Below, one piece after another: positions 27,011 through 41,092 of a stretch of 64,000 nt of DNA (position 1 is the stretch's first letter; every line of letters starts with the position of its first letter). A model generated the notes under the pieces. That model had not been told where the DNA came from. It searched no databases and worked only from the letters and a program-made list of their open reading frames with translations. Source of the DNA: the human T2T-CHM13v2.0 reference genome, Homo sapiens; NCBI RefSeq assembly GCF_009914755.1, contig NC_060938.1, one strand, 5' to 3'. The translations under genes were made by a program, and so were the position numbers.

Positions 27011-29454
27011 ATAAAGACATGGGTGAACTTGGGACTCTATTCTGTGATTGAGGCAGGCAGCCATCTCATAAAGCCAACTGGAAACAAAGCAGAAACACAG
27101 AGCTAAAGCCCTCATGGAGTCTTTTCAGGTACAGGAGCTAATAAAATCATTCTTCTCTATGCTAATTTGTGTTGGGTCTTTTCTTACTCACAAAATGTAG
27201 CATCCTAACCAATAGAATCCTGATCTCCAAATGCCATGAAATCAGACCTAGTAAGTTAATGAACATATTCCGAGTATCTGCTCTATACTCAGACCTGTCC
27301 TGAGTGCTACAGGGGACATTAATAATTATTAGACTCCCTGTGTCCTCAATAACTCATAACTCTAACCTATGGAATCTAGAAGAAATAGAGCATGAGAGAT
27401 CTGAACTGAGTTAGTATGCTAATAATACATATTTTTTGGTCTGGCTTCTTTTCTTAGAAGAAATGGATTTTCAAACAGTTTAGAATCTATGTTTGGGAGA
27501 AATTTTAAAGAATGGTTATCTTGGGCATTGGCTTATATTTTGGCCTCCGATATGGGAAGAAAACTAGTAATGCTTCTAGAACTATTTGTAGGACTGACTG
27601 AAAGGGCAATCAATGGAACTCATGAGATTCTCTACAGCTGCAAAGTCATGATTTCTGAAGCAAATCAAACTTTCTATGCAAAATCTTATCTCCTCAAGGA
27701 AAGCAGTGCAACCTGTAGTCAGGGGAAGGGAAGGGAGGGAGGAAGGAGGAACAAAGCACTGATTTCAAAAGAGAGCTGCTTACCAAACTCATCCAAATCT
27801 CCAGTGGCCACTTGCTTCTGATTGAACCACCTGATCTTTGTGAAGAGAAATAAATCTTCTCCTCAGTGCTTTGACTGTTAGTACCGTGGAGAGTTCTTCC
27901 AAGATGCAAAAAGAAAGGAATTTAAAGAATTAAGAGAATAAGCAACTGCTGGCTCTTCTCCTTCTGCTCTAGGGATTTAGGTTATTAGAAGACTTTCAAC
28001 CTCCTTGGCTGAAGGAGCCTCATGGTACACACTAAAACTGCAACCATTTAGGGCTAAACTCAACGCTGTTCAGGCCTTGCACAGCCTCCCTAATACAATT
28101 CATCATGTAGTTTATGGAACAGTTGAATAGGGGGCCATAGGAATTGGAACCAGAGTTTATCACTGTGAAGATATTTGAAGAGTCTGCTCCACCATGTTAA
28201 GGGAGCCTGAACAAAACAAAACAAAGGGCAAATTATCATAAAATGTAAAAACAGGCAAATGGGTCGTGATGGTCATGGTGGTGATAAGTTGAAATTAAAA
28301 TGTAATGCTGACTCATTTTCCTTTGGAATTCAGAAGTGATTGTCTTTATAGCTTTTTTATCTGAAAGTATGTCAGAAACTAGCCATGGATGTTACTTGTT
28401 AGTAGTGTATTGTAGAATATTTGCTTTGATTGCAAAACAAATTCTTTCAGTCTCAAAGAACACAAGTACACAAATCCAAACAAGAAACACAAAGTTTTTG
28501 AAGAATAGCATCTTTTTGAAATAAAGTTCTCCTAAAGCAAGAATATTAGTGCTGCCAGTGGGATATTCATATCAGAAAGACAGACAACTGGTCAACTCCC
28601 TACCATTCCAAATGAGAAGACCCTGTAAAAAGATCATCAGCAACCTATTCAGCAAAGTGGAGAGCCATTTTTTTTTTTCAAAAACTCTTTTTGTGTTTAT
28701 AGCTGTATGGGCCATGCCTTAACACATTTCTTATATAACTAGCAAGAGAATTTCTGCTGCTTGGAAACCAGAGATTAAAATTAATATATTGGTTGATAAC
28801 CACAACAGCCTCTCAGGTGTCGTCATTGAGAATTATTATTTTCAGCAGTTCATGGCTCATTTCTTTAAAATTAAAATTAGTGTTGTGGCACCCAAGGATA
28901 ATTTTCCAGCTGTCTCTATGGAGAATAATATAAGCTTGGTGAGTTTAATGAATGGTAGTTTACTGCCATTCAGTGTCAATGCAGTGAGTGAGTTTGGATT
29001 TAACAGGAACTGGAATAACAGTCTTACCACTGTGTCTTCATTAATATGGAATCCTAATACAGCCATGATAGCTGATAAATTATGCCCAGCATCTCAATTA
29101 CCTTATCAAAGAAAATTATTCCTAATGACCAAGGAGGGGATAAGGAAATGCAAAGAGAAATAGGGGCCAAATTAGTTGGGATGAAATTAGACCTTGTGCA
29201 GATTGGCAGATCAGATCTGAGCTAGTTAGTACGAAGATGTGAAGGTAGTGGAAAAACAAGAACAAATAGGAACTAGAACATGAAGGTCATGAAAGGCGAC
29301 CAAGAAAGATGACAGTCCCTGAACTTCTCCAAACAAACAACCAAGATCTCACACCACCATTTATGTCGGGTTTGCAAACACACACGAGGAAGTGTGCACA
29401 TAATCAGAGTGCTGGAACTGCTTTGGGACTTTGGGAAGACCCTACAAGTGAGGT

Positions 29455-29944
29455 TCCTGGTGCTATGCCCTAGACACCTTGTTCCTAAATTCTTCCCAGC
29501 CTTCCCCCACCTAACTCTGTAATGCAGAAGGACTAACTCTTGCAGGATCATTCCCATGTTCCCTCCTCAGCTGCCTTCCAGTTGGATTTGGCCAGCAGGA
29601 GCACTAATGAGACTGGAGGGAGGAAAGGAGAAGCCAGAGTATTTCTGCCGCTCTCTGTCTTGGGTAGCATCTCCAGCAGAAGCTATTTCTCCTCTACCCC
29701 AGCTCCCACTGAACGGACAACTATCAGTGACCCCAACCCATGGGCTCCAGAAACACCTCCTTCTTTCTTCGTTCCTGCAGACAGGGATGGTATAGCAATC
29801 TCTCACTGTTTCTAATCTCCAGAGTACCTACTGTCCTCCACATGACTACCCAGTTCTTGCCATCATAACCAGTTCCTTGCATTAAATTCACGTTGTTTTA
29901 AACACAGTAATTTCTGTTTTCCTGGTCGGACTTTGAGTGATACA
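29455..29944 (+). mobile_element. LTR33-like ERVL solo LTR
   Basis: GAGACTGGAGGGAGGAAAGGAGAAGCCAGAGTATTTCT...ATTAAATTC...TTTCTGTTTTCCTG...TGATACA. Confidence 0.7.
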
Positions 29945-31654
29945 GGAAATAAGAGATGGAGAGGCCACAACTGAAAGGCCTCAGGAGTCTGTATGACAGG
30001 CCCATTCACTCTCATACTGAATTCAGGAGTGGGGGGTAATTCATTACGAGAAAGTGCCTGCAGAGCCAGGCGCCCAGGTTTACGTAAATTCATTGCATGC
30101 TTCTCCTTCAAGTAGCCTAGAAATTGAGGGAAACAAGAAGCAATACCCTTCCCAGGTAGGCCCTTAGGAAAGAAAAAGCTGCAAAATCAAGGCACTTATT
30201 CTTCGCCTCCCCTCTGGAGGAGACTTGAGAAAACAATGGAGAGTTACCAGATGGACAGAAAGATAAGTGGGCAGCAAAACCTCTCCTCCCCATTCAAAGA
30301 TGCATCACCAGGGTTTTCACACAATCTAAAAGAGATGAACCCAGGGCAGCACAGTCAAAACAGAAAGCAGAGATTTCCACCAACAGTGTGGACCTTTTAG
30401 CCAAGCAGCAAAAACCTAATCAAAAGAAAATACTAACTAAAGTTAACACTTCCTCTGTCTCCAAAGTCAAACAGGTGGGCAACCCTGGGCTGGGAGTGGC
30501 TCAGGAGCAAAGGCCATGTCCTACCAGCCTTGCAGGGGGTCAGGAAATGTTTGTGAAGGAAGCCCCTCTAGTTTCTTTCCCAGATGAGCCCCATGAATCA
30601 TCAGAAGACTGAAATAATTCCATCTTTCTCACAGAAGAACTGAGGCAATGTAATGGGATCCAGATTGCACAACCCACTGGTGGTTGAAGAGAGACAAATA
30701 ATAAGATTTATATATAAGCAAAGTCTCTGACATTAAGAATGAGTCCACTGGCATGCTGCTGCCTCTCAGGGATCATTACCATACTGCTTTCCGTAATCTC
30801 CTTAAAGTGAAATTAAAAGTCACCACTGCTCTTCATCTCCCTGCCTATTTACTCAATGGAATGAAATCATTCTTCCTTGTGCTGCAAATGAGCCGCCTAC
30901 TTCAAAAATCCCTTAGACACTCCTGGCATTTTCTTGAAGAAAGGCCTCCTCCATCCACCCTTAATTAAACCAAGGTGACAGAAGAGGCTCCCCTACGGCC
31001 CTCTTCAGCATGTGCAGTGGTATCAAGTGCTTCACTCCTCTCACCTTTATTTCCTGTTAGGCTCCCAGCACACAGGCCAGTTGCGAGCCAGTTTGGCCAT
31101 GCAGAAAATGCTCATGCTATACACTCGGGGAGCCTTTTCCCTGACTGTTTCAAAGAACATCTGCATTAGCATTCTATGCCTCTAGGGGACAGGGTGAGGG
31201 AGCTATGTTTGAGTTCTGGCAAGAGGAGTGAGAGTAAGGGAGCCCTCCCTTCTGTAAGCACTTGCCCATCCCTATGGAAAGCTTCTCCTGGGAGCCTCCA
31301 AGGCTTGGAGGCAGGCCATTTCTGCACACATCAGCCCCTGCAAGCATCTGACCAGATGGACTGTGAACCTGACCTCCAGGCCCAGTGCAAAGAGTTTCCA
31401 GCAGCAACTGCATTAGTGCCACCTTAGGCTTGAATAATTTTCTATCTCAGAAAATTTAAGAGTATTTGAAGAAGAAGCAATACCTTCTGAAATTAAGCCA
31501 TTTAAAGGGGAGGTAGTAAAGTGCCAGATTACTTTGTTCATAGGCAGTCAAGGTAGCTAGCGTATGTAATTTAAGAATTCTAGGAGCAGTCCCAATCAGC
31601 TCCCACCCTCCTCCAAGAGGCAATTACAGAATACAAGCCAAGAATCACTTAGAG

Positions 31655-31835
31655 CCAAGAGACTTGAAATTGATTCTGAGATCCACCATATACTGAGTGA
31701 CTAGAACGAATAACTTCTCTGTATTTTACTTTCTCATCTGTAAAATGGAAGTAGTGATTATAAAAGTACCACTTCAAGGCTATTGTGAGAATTGAACAGG
31801 TTAGCCTATATAAAGAGCTTATGGTCTTGGCCTAA
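31655..31835 (+). mobile_element. MIR
   Basis: TTTCTCATCTGTAAAATGG...GCTATTGTGAGAATT. Confidence 0.7.
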
Positions 31836-32129
31836 GGAAAGCTTACTGTATTTAGTAGTCTGTTTCTTAAACAGCCAAATACTGATGTCCTGGTGACTGC
31901 AATTTTCAAGGATGAGAAATTTTGTTGTTACTGTTGTTCATTTGTTTGTTTTTAAGGCATCAATCCCTGTTCTACTGTTAGTACCCCCAGGAGGAGCCAC
32001 ATGTTGCGCACACTTTTTCTCATAGAAATAAGTTGGTAGGCAGTTTCTCCAAGTTTGGAGAATTATTAATGAGGCCTTGCCCTGTAACAGATGTCAGCAC
32101 ACCACACAATCTCCTGGCTCCCTTCACCA

Positions 32130-32299
32130 CAGCACTTCTCAAACTTTATTGTGCTTTAAAAACTCACCTGGGGAAATCTTGTTATATTATGTATTAGGAT
32201 TTTGTAACTCCAGGATGGGGCTTGAGGCTCTGAATTTCTAATGCATCCTCAAGTTGTGCTACTGCTGCTAACCCAAAGACCAATCTTTAAGTATCAAGA
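32130..32299. mobile_element. MER5-family MITE
   Basis: CTTCTCAAACTTT...TCACCTGGGG...GGGGCTTGAG...ATTTCTAA. Confidence 0.7.
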
Positions 32300-32309
32300 T
32301 ATCTGTATA

Positions 32310-32684
32310 CACCAAATTCTAGTGCAATTTCACTCCCCACAGCCAGCACCTGTGTCTTTTTATCAGCAGGCTGCCCGCAGGCTGCAGGAACAGCTCTGCC
32401 ATCACATACCCAAAGCTGGAAAGGATGAGAATTGATGCCCTTGGGAGCAGCTCTTAATGCTGGACGGTACTGGGTGTAAATACCTCAGTGACCTCTTGCC
32501 TGTTCTGGACAACACTGAAGTGTGATTGCTGCTATCTCAAAAGCTCTTCTGTGGAATTGAACTAAAGTTAGCTTCTGGGAGACTTTGCTTGCTTTTGTAC
32601 ACTTTCTTGGCTTCTTTCCCTTTCCTGTCCAACTTCCCCACTATTCTCATACCTTTTTTTTTCAAGAACACTTCTTAATAAATT
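32310..32684 (+). mobile_element. LTR16-like ERVL LTR
   Basis: GAATTGATGCCCTTGGGAGCAGC...GTAAATACCTCAG...TTCCCTTTCCTGTC...CTTCCCCAC...AATAAA. Confidence 0.65.
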
Positions 32685-32694
32685 CCAATGAATG

Positions 32695-33000
32695 GGCTGT
32701 GCATGGTGGATCACGCCTGTAATCCCAACATTTGGGGAGGCCAAGATGGGACAATCACTTGAGGTCAGGAGTTCAAAACCAACATGGCCAACATAGTGAA
32801 ACCCCATCTCTACTAAAAATACAAAAAAAAAAAAAATTAGCCAGGGTGGTGGCACGCACCTGTAGTCCCAGCTACTCAGGAGGCTGAGGCAGAAGAATCA
32901 CTTGAACCAGAAGGCAGAGGCTGCAGTGAGAGTTTGTGCCACTGCACTCCAGCCTGGGTGACAGAGCAAGACGCTGCCTCAAAAAATATATATATAGTAA
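32695..33000 (+). mobile_element. Alu (old S or Jb-like)
   Basis: Full dimer. 18-bp TSD AATAAATTCC(A/G)ATGAATG at 32677 and 33001. Confidence 0.95.
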
Positions 33001-34825
33001 AATAAATTCCGATGAATGGTGTTTGTCATTCATTCATTCAAAAAAAATTCATTCATTCAACAAATTTTTATTATTCTCCCTGACTCCTATATGTGCCTGA
33101 ATATGACACTGTGGTACAGGAACAAGTCTCAGTCCCTACCCCAAAGAGTCCTAAGCCCACAAAGACCAGAGCCTACACAGGTAGCACTTGGAGAGAGCAG
33201 AAGCCCATGCTGAAGTTGAAACTAACCCACCTGGGAAAACATGTTCAGCTCTAAACATGGTCATGCACTAGTGGCCTTTTCCAAACAGTGTCCCAAACAG
33301 AAGTGACAACACCAAAATTGATTAGCACGTCAGTTCTCTCTCTCCATCCTTTCCTCTCTCAGGAAGCTTGAATGGCAAGATGCCATGACAGTGGAGAACC
33401 CACAGCTGCCTACAGCCTGGTGGATCTGGAGCCAGGCTGGCTGAGCCCACTCTGGCTGCCTGAGCCGGCCTTGGCTGCCCCTCCTCATCAACAGCTTCCG
33501 CCTCTCAAGAAGTGCAGGTGCAAGCTGGTTTGCAGGGCACCAGCTTGATGCAGGAAGCAGCAGTGGGCCGGGAAAGCAGCTGCAGGGAAATTCATAGCTA
33601 GTCATGAGATGACACATGCCCCTCACTCCACCTTCCCTGCATCTCTGGAAGAATGGCTGATATTCCTGAGGCTCTCTCTCTTCAGAAGCCACTAAGTGGT
33701 TCTGCCAAGTGGGGAGTGCCAACAGCCAGGTGACTTCTCTCCCTGGAATACAAATAAGAAGTAACATTGGCCAAGTAGGCTGAAATCAGAATCACGCTGG
33801 AAAAAAAACTAGGAAAGTGCCCCAGGAACAGTCTATAGGCAGGGAGACCCGCTCTCCGTGTGTGACCATCTCAGTAATAAACAGGCATGAGAAAAGGTCA
33901 GCAAAGTGACCAAAGAAGAAAATCTCTCCAGGAGACTTCATCTCAAGAATCAGCAGGATAATGGATAAAATCATGAGCTAAAAACAGGGCCTTTAAAACC
34001 TGGATCAGAATTTTAATGCTGAAGCATCAACAGTTGTTAATCTCTCTTTGTGTCCCAGTCCCCAACAGGTAGACTGGGGGAATCGCACCCATCTCATGGG
34101 GTTGCTGTAAGGATCTAATGGTGCCAACGTTCAATACTTAGCACAGTGCTCATAAATGGGGTTCCTCCTGCGCCTCAAAGCCTCATCCACCTCCTCCACT
34201 TCCACGGCTCCACTTCTCTTCCCTTCTTTCAAGCAAAGTTGCCTCTCCCTTTCACTTATCTGCCTTCTTTTCAACATCCACTCCTGTCCTTGGTTTTCCC
34301 CACAGCATCACCTAAATGTGCATGTATTTGCTTTTATTTCCTCCAAGAGCCCCCAGAAGCCTACTTCTCCCACATAAAGCCAATGTGGCTCCTGGATCAC
34401 ATTCTCTGATCCTCTGAACTTCTGAGTCTCCTCAATCTCCCAGGGTAGTTCCTCAAACACCAGATAAATGTATTGTAACTAATCTGAACAAATGTGTCCC
34501 TAAATTATTTTTCATTGACAGAATGTATTTTAACCTAAACAAGACAAACCAACATCCCATTTGACTTCAACCATAGCTGCCGCTTGTGCCCACGCAAGTG
34601 CATTTCTAGGACCACTGGAGATAGTTTCTGTGTGTGACTCAGGAGAAGGTGTCATCAGGGCTGTGTGTTCTAAAAACACCCTTCCTCATTCACAGTGACA
34701 TCCAAGCATGCTACTTTGCCTTAAGTAACTTGAAAACTTCTTCAACACTAAAATGGGAAGATCTTGACATAGTTTCCTAGAATTTAATGAGAAATCACTA
34801 AAAAAACTTATATATACATGTGAGA

Positions 34826-34851
34826 GTGTGTGTGTGTGTGTGTGTGTGTGT
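34826..34851. repeat. (GT)13 microsatellite
   Basis: Read directly from the sequence. Confidence 0.95.
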
Positions 34852-35591
34852 CAAAAGATAAAACGCTTCACAATTGTCCAGTAATAGTTGCAAAAATAAA
34901 AGATTATTTAATTTTTAGGAAGATTGCTTTACTATAAACATAGCTGAGGGTTTATATATTTTAATCACAATCACATGATAAACATTTGATTTATGTTTAT
35001 CAGATAATCGAGAATAAAAGTTACAATCTCAGGAAAGACATTTAATAATTCTAAATGCTGAACATTTGAATAATAGTGACAAGGGACTGTAATAACAGTA
35101 AAACGTACCCAAGAAGAAAATTCAGAGGCTTCAAAACATCTTTATGGAAAAATAAATAAATAATAGAATAATAAAAAGCATCACAGCTTAAAAGATGAAG
35201 GAGGGGGCAAAGATTTTAAAAATTAATGAACTGGGGTCTTTTCTCCAGAAACATCATTTCTGTATCATTTAATCAGACTTGAGCTTTCTTAAATTGCCTT
35301 TGAAACAAGTTAATAAACAATGTGTGCTGTCCTAGTATGGCATTTTTTACAAGTAAAATGTACTCTGAGATTTGTCCTTCAGTAAACATAGGAGAAATAC
35401 TAGTGGTTCCTGTTGGCCTTATTTGACGTCAACAGTGAAGGATAAATGGGGAAAAAGCTCTTCCTCAAAGACACAGGAAAACACCACCTGCTCCTTACTG
35501 TGTGACTGGACTGTCCACTTCTAGGCTGAGAGTCACTGGTAGGCACTAACTCCTTGTCTACAAAGATTTTTAATAAAGAAAAAACATGTAG

Positions 35592-35905
35592 GGCTGGACA
35601 CAGTGGCTCACACCTATAATCCCAACACTTTGGGAGGTCAAGGCAGGGAGATCACTTAAGGCCAGGAGTTCGAGACCAGCCTGGGCAGCATAATGAGACA
35701 CTGCCTCCACATAAAAAATTTAAATATCAGCCAGGTGTGGTGGCGCATGCCTATAGTCCCAGCTACTCAAGAGGCTGAGGCAGGAAGATTGCTTGAGCCC
35801 AGGCATTTGAGGCCATAGTGCACGATGATCAATCCTGTACATAGGCACTACATTCAGCCTGGGTGATAGAGTGAGACCTATCTCTAAAATATATATAAAT
35901 AAATA
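35592..35905 (+). mobile_element. AluJ
   Basis: J-type GATTGCTTGAGCCCAGG and GATGATC, with a degraded AT tail. Confidence 0.92.
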
Positions 35906-36108
35906 AATATGTGGGCTGAGACAGGCTGTAGCTTAATTCACAAGTACTTATCAATACATTAAGAGGAATCAGAGCCCCAGAAGTGAGTGTACAAAAGATT
36001 GAGATGATTGTTCCTAGGGCAGAGAAGATAGAAAGGTTGTATTTGGAAAATGAGAAGGCTATTTTGGAGTACTAGGAATAGTTAAAGGGATCATCAGGAA
36101 TGAAGGGG

Positions 36109-37372
<1,264 letters not shown>

Positions 37373-40300
37373 AGCACCCTCATCTATTTTGCAATTTTAC
37401 CAAAGGTAGGAATACCTCTACCAGGTATCTGGCTATGTCCTAATATACCAGATGGAGATTAACTGCCAATGAAACAACTTTGTTTTAAGTTAGGGATTCA
37501 TGTCTCAGAGCCCACAGAGGAACAAGCCCTCTAGTTTTCAAATCCATGAGAATCTACCTTTTCCTCAGTATCAAGCTCAGTGGAAATCTTAAACTTCATG
37601 GAGTTAAACTTAAAATAACACTAAGATCAAAGTGTTTAGACATAAGCCAGCCAAAGAAAACCTCACCTATTCACCCACACTTAGATTCCCAGGTGCCATG
37701 TAAACAACTCTGTACTGCTGATACCCAACATAATACAAGAAAGGCTCAAATTTTCAGAGAAATAAATAATTATTCCACAGTTTGGGAAATGAACTTTGTT
37801 CGTGTCAAAACTGTTGTAGATTGTACACTTTTCTGTTTCTTGAAGACCTGAAAACACAGAGGGACTCAGGTATGAAATTGAGAGAGTAGATCACTGCGGA
37901 GTTTGTTGCAACTGTAGGTCTAGTTAAATGTTGGCTGGAAATGTGCACAAAATACCCCCCCAAAAAAAAAGATTTCTCAAAGGAATAGAGTGATGTGAAA
38001 GCTCACGGTCTATTCGTTGGAGAGTTTCCCTCAGATACAGAGCCCCTGATTGAAATTTCATTGCCCAGCAATTTCAGATTCTTCTATATTAAGCAGGCAC
38101 CAAACCATTCCCACCAAGAGCTAAGATTCGTGAAATGTTCTAACAATTTTAAATTGCTCTCTTCCACTCATGAACTGACTTCCCAATCAACCTCCCATTC
38201 CAGAGCATATTAAGATGGCAGGAATTTTGTGAATATTAAATCACTGCGAATCATGCATGGTAATTTAAAACTATTACAGACTAATGTTTGATTGAGAAAA
38301 GTATTCTAATTGGAAAAATGATAGAAAAGTTAGTCTAGTTCAATGCTCCAGGACATATTGAAAGAAACTGTGGCTAAAAAGCATTACTCAATTACACAAT
38401 AATTCTTGCCTCTGTGTCTAAGTCCTTGTTGAGAGAGGAGAACCCACCCTTACCCCTCTTCATGGAGCATTAGGCAATCTGGAGAGGAAGTTACTGGGAG
38501 TGAACCCTGCTGAAAGAGAACATCCTGGAGGCAAGAATGGGCAACCCAGGTGGCTGAAGAATGGTAAGCAAAGGAAAGACTGAAAGGCAAGTGATAAAAA
38601 GACCAATCTTGGGAAGCATTTGTAACCACAGGAAGGGAGACAGAAGCAAGGACCTAACTAGGAATACACATAACTCAACAAAAGCCAGCAGGAATGAGAG
38701 CCAATCAATATGTCAAGTTGGAGATGGGTCAGAGGAAATGATTCAAAACTAAGCTCAGGAACCATACAAGTGCTACTTTCACATGGTCCATGTTGGGGGT
38801 AAGGAGGTGAGTTGGGTGGCTCACAGTACCAATGCAAGTTGGGTAATAACCCCCAGTGGCTTAGACCAAGGGATGCAACTCAGGATTGGCCCAGGATTGC
38901 ACTCTCAAATTGTGTTTGTGTTCCTCTAATGTGTCAAAGTATATGCAAAATTCCAAGATAAACATGGCATGTAAAGTGTCAATTGTCCTAGGTGCATAAC
39001 TTAAACGCTATTCTCATTTTAAAGCAATCCAGGATATACTATGCAGCAGAATCCAAAATTTGCACTAATTTCTAATAAAATAAGTGGCTTGGAAAACTGC
39101 GGTATTATCAGAAGACAGGTCTGTATTGGGCTCTGTCTTGAAGCTCCCTGGGGACACTAATTCTATTTTACCAAAAAGGGAACTTCACTCTAAGACTGGA
39201 CAAATGTGTGAATACAGTTGGACCCACTGAGGTCACCTTTTCTCAAACAAACAAGACTCAAGTAAACAACGCCTAATCTCCCATGATCTATTTTCTGCCT
39301 TAGGCAGACGCACATGCCTCTTTTATTTGGATATGAATTGAAAACCAAAGTTTGGAAAGCAGATTCTGAAGCCCACAGAGCCTGGAGCTCATGATGCTCT
39401 CTGAGAGACTGTGTTTGCAAGCATGCCCCCTACACCCCATCAAGAGTCTCCAGCTTTAATGGTCTGTAGAAGTTGAATAGAATTGCCTAAGGGAAAATGC
39501 TATTCTTTTGCAACACAACACACAGCTCCTCATTCATTTGAGATTTACAATGTGTAATTATATAAAGATCTACAGCTAACACTGTGTGGAACTGCCAATT
39601 GTCACTTTGTGGATTTTGCTTAACCTGTGACGGTTATAGAGTTAAATCATTCTTGGCATAAAAAGGGTTAAATTCATGAAATAGTCACATGATGTTTACT
39701 AAGTTGTCTCTAGCAAATACTATGTAAGAAAATAACATGAAAATTATTTCCTCAGCTAGAAATTCAGATAAAAAGGGAGGTCTTCCACAAGAAGGAAGGG
39801 GAGGGGGGATTAACAAAGATGCTTCAGATTAATCCTTAAGAAAATGCCATCTCTTTCCAATCTCTAAGCTGATGGGGGTTGGGTGGAGACAAGAGACAGA
39901 AGGACAAACCAGAGCTGTGCCAGAAGAAAGCCAGTTTCTATTCTTGTTCTCCAAGTCAGTGAGAGCAGACACCTTAAAAGTCACACACCAAGAATCAAAA
40001 CGTGACCACTTATATTTACCCAACCCAGGGACCCTAAGGAAGCTAAGTTCTATGTACCCAGTTTGGAGAAATATGAGATTTCCAAAGCTGCTCCCAGATT
40101 TCATGACCTGTTGAGGAGGCATATGAAGAGGAATTTTAGTTCAGACACTGCCTAGAGGAAATTATAGGCACTTTATAGTAACCCAAAAGGAGCATATGAC
40201 CTAAGTCTGAGCAAAGGAAGTCTGAAGAACTATATCCTGTCTCAGAGATTCAAAGCTGCTAGAAGGAAACCTCAGAGTAGATCAGTTTCCCAGGCTCACT

Positions 40301-40939
40301 TTCCTGGTGAACCCATTTTCCTTAAGAGACTCGCCCTTGAAGAACTCAACAAGGAAAGTGCTGTGAGCTGTCCTCCACTGTGGTGCTGAAATATGAAGGC
40401 TGCTCACCAAGACACCAATATACCATTGAAGGAGATGGGAAACAATGAGGAGTAGCTGTTGTTAGAGTCCACATAGGTTTCCAAAAGGAGCTGTGATCAC
40501 AGAGTGCCACCCCCACTCGCCTCTGAGCTGCTGTCGCTGAGAACAAGTGCCAAAAAATCAGCAGGCAGTCCCCTCGGCTGGGAGCTCCCACGGGCTGGAT
40601 TGTCCCTGGAAGCAGTAGTTTCAGGCTAAGCAGAAAAGGAGAGGACATTTATTCCTGATGGATTTTTTCATCTCTCCCTGCCACAGCAATACAATGACAT
40701 TATTGTAACATCCAAAAGGAAAATATCTTCTGATATGTTTATTGATGGGTCTTCTGATAAATTCACTAAAGGAAAAGGACAATTTTACATTAAATAATTC
40801 CACTGAGATTAGAGACCTCAAAACTTTGGGCAGGCTCTACTGTATCTTGAGTATATTAACTCAAGCTTCTGACTCCCTAGGGCCCAGAATGTGACACTGG
40901 AAAAGAACATTATACATAACAAGACGTGATCAATGGGCC

Positions 40940-41092
40940 ATTGCTTTCCTAACTGCTCCAAACCTCATCTGTAAACAATGGGTAATAATATCCTCCTCAT
41001 AGTAAGCTGTGGTGATTAAATTAAATTATTTTTAAGATATTGGACAAAAGTCCCTGTCATATTGGCTGGGCAATAGTAGATGCTTATTAATA
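40940..41092 (+). mobile_element. MIR fragment
   Basis: CCTCATCTGTAAACAATGGGTAATAATATCCTCCTCATAG...GTGATTAAAT. Confidence 0.7.

Noticed and set aside
33330-33767. 145-aa ORF in a GC-richer patch; likewise 56196-56645
   Set aside because: No homology, CpG island or exon boundaries that I can support.
38420-38880. Possible ancient LTR-like segment
   Set aside because: I could not identify termini or a family.
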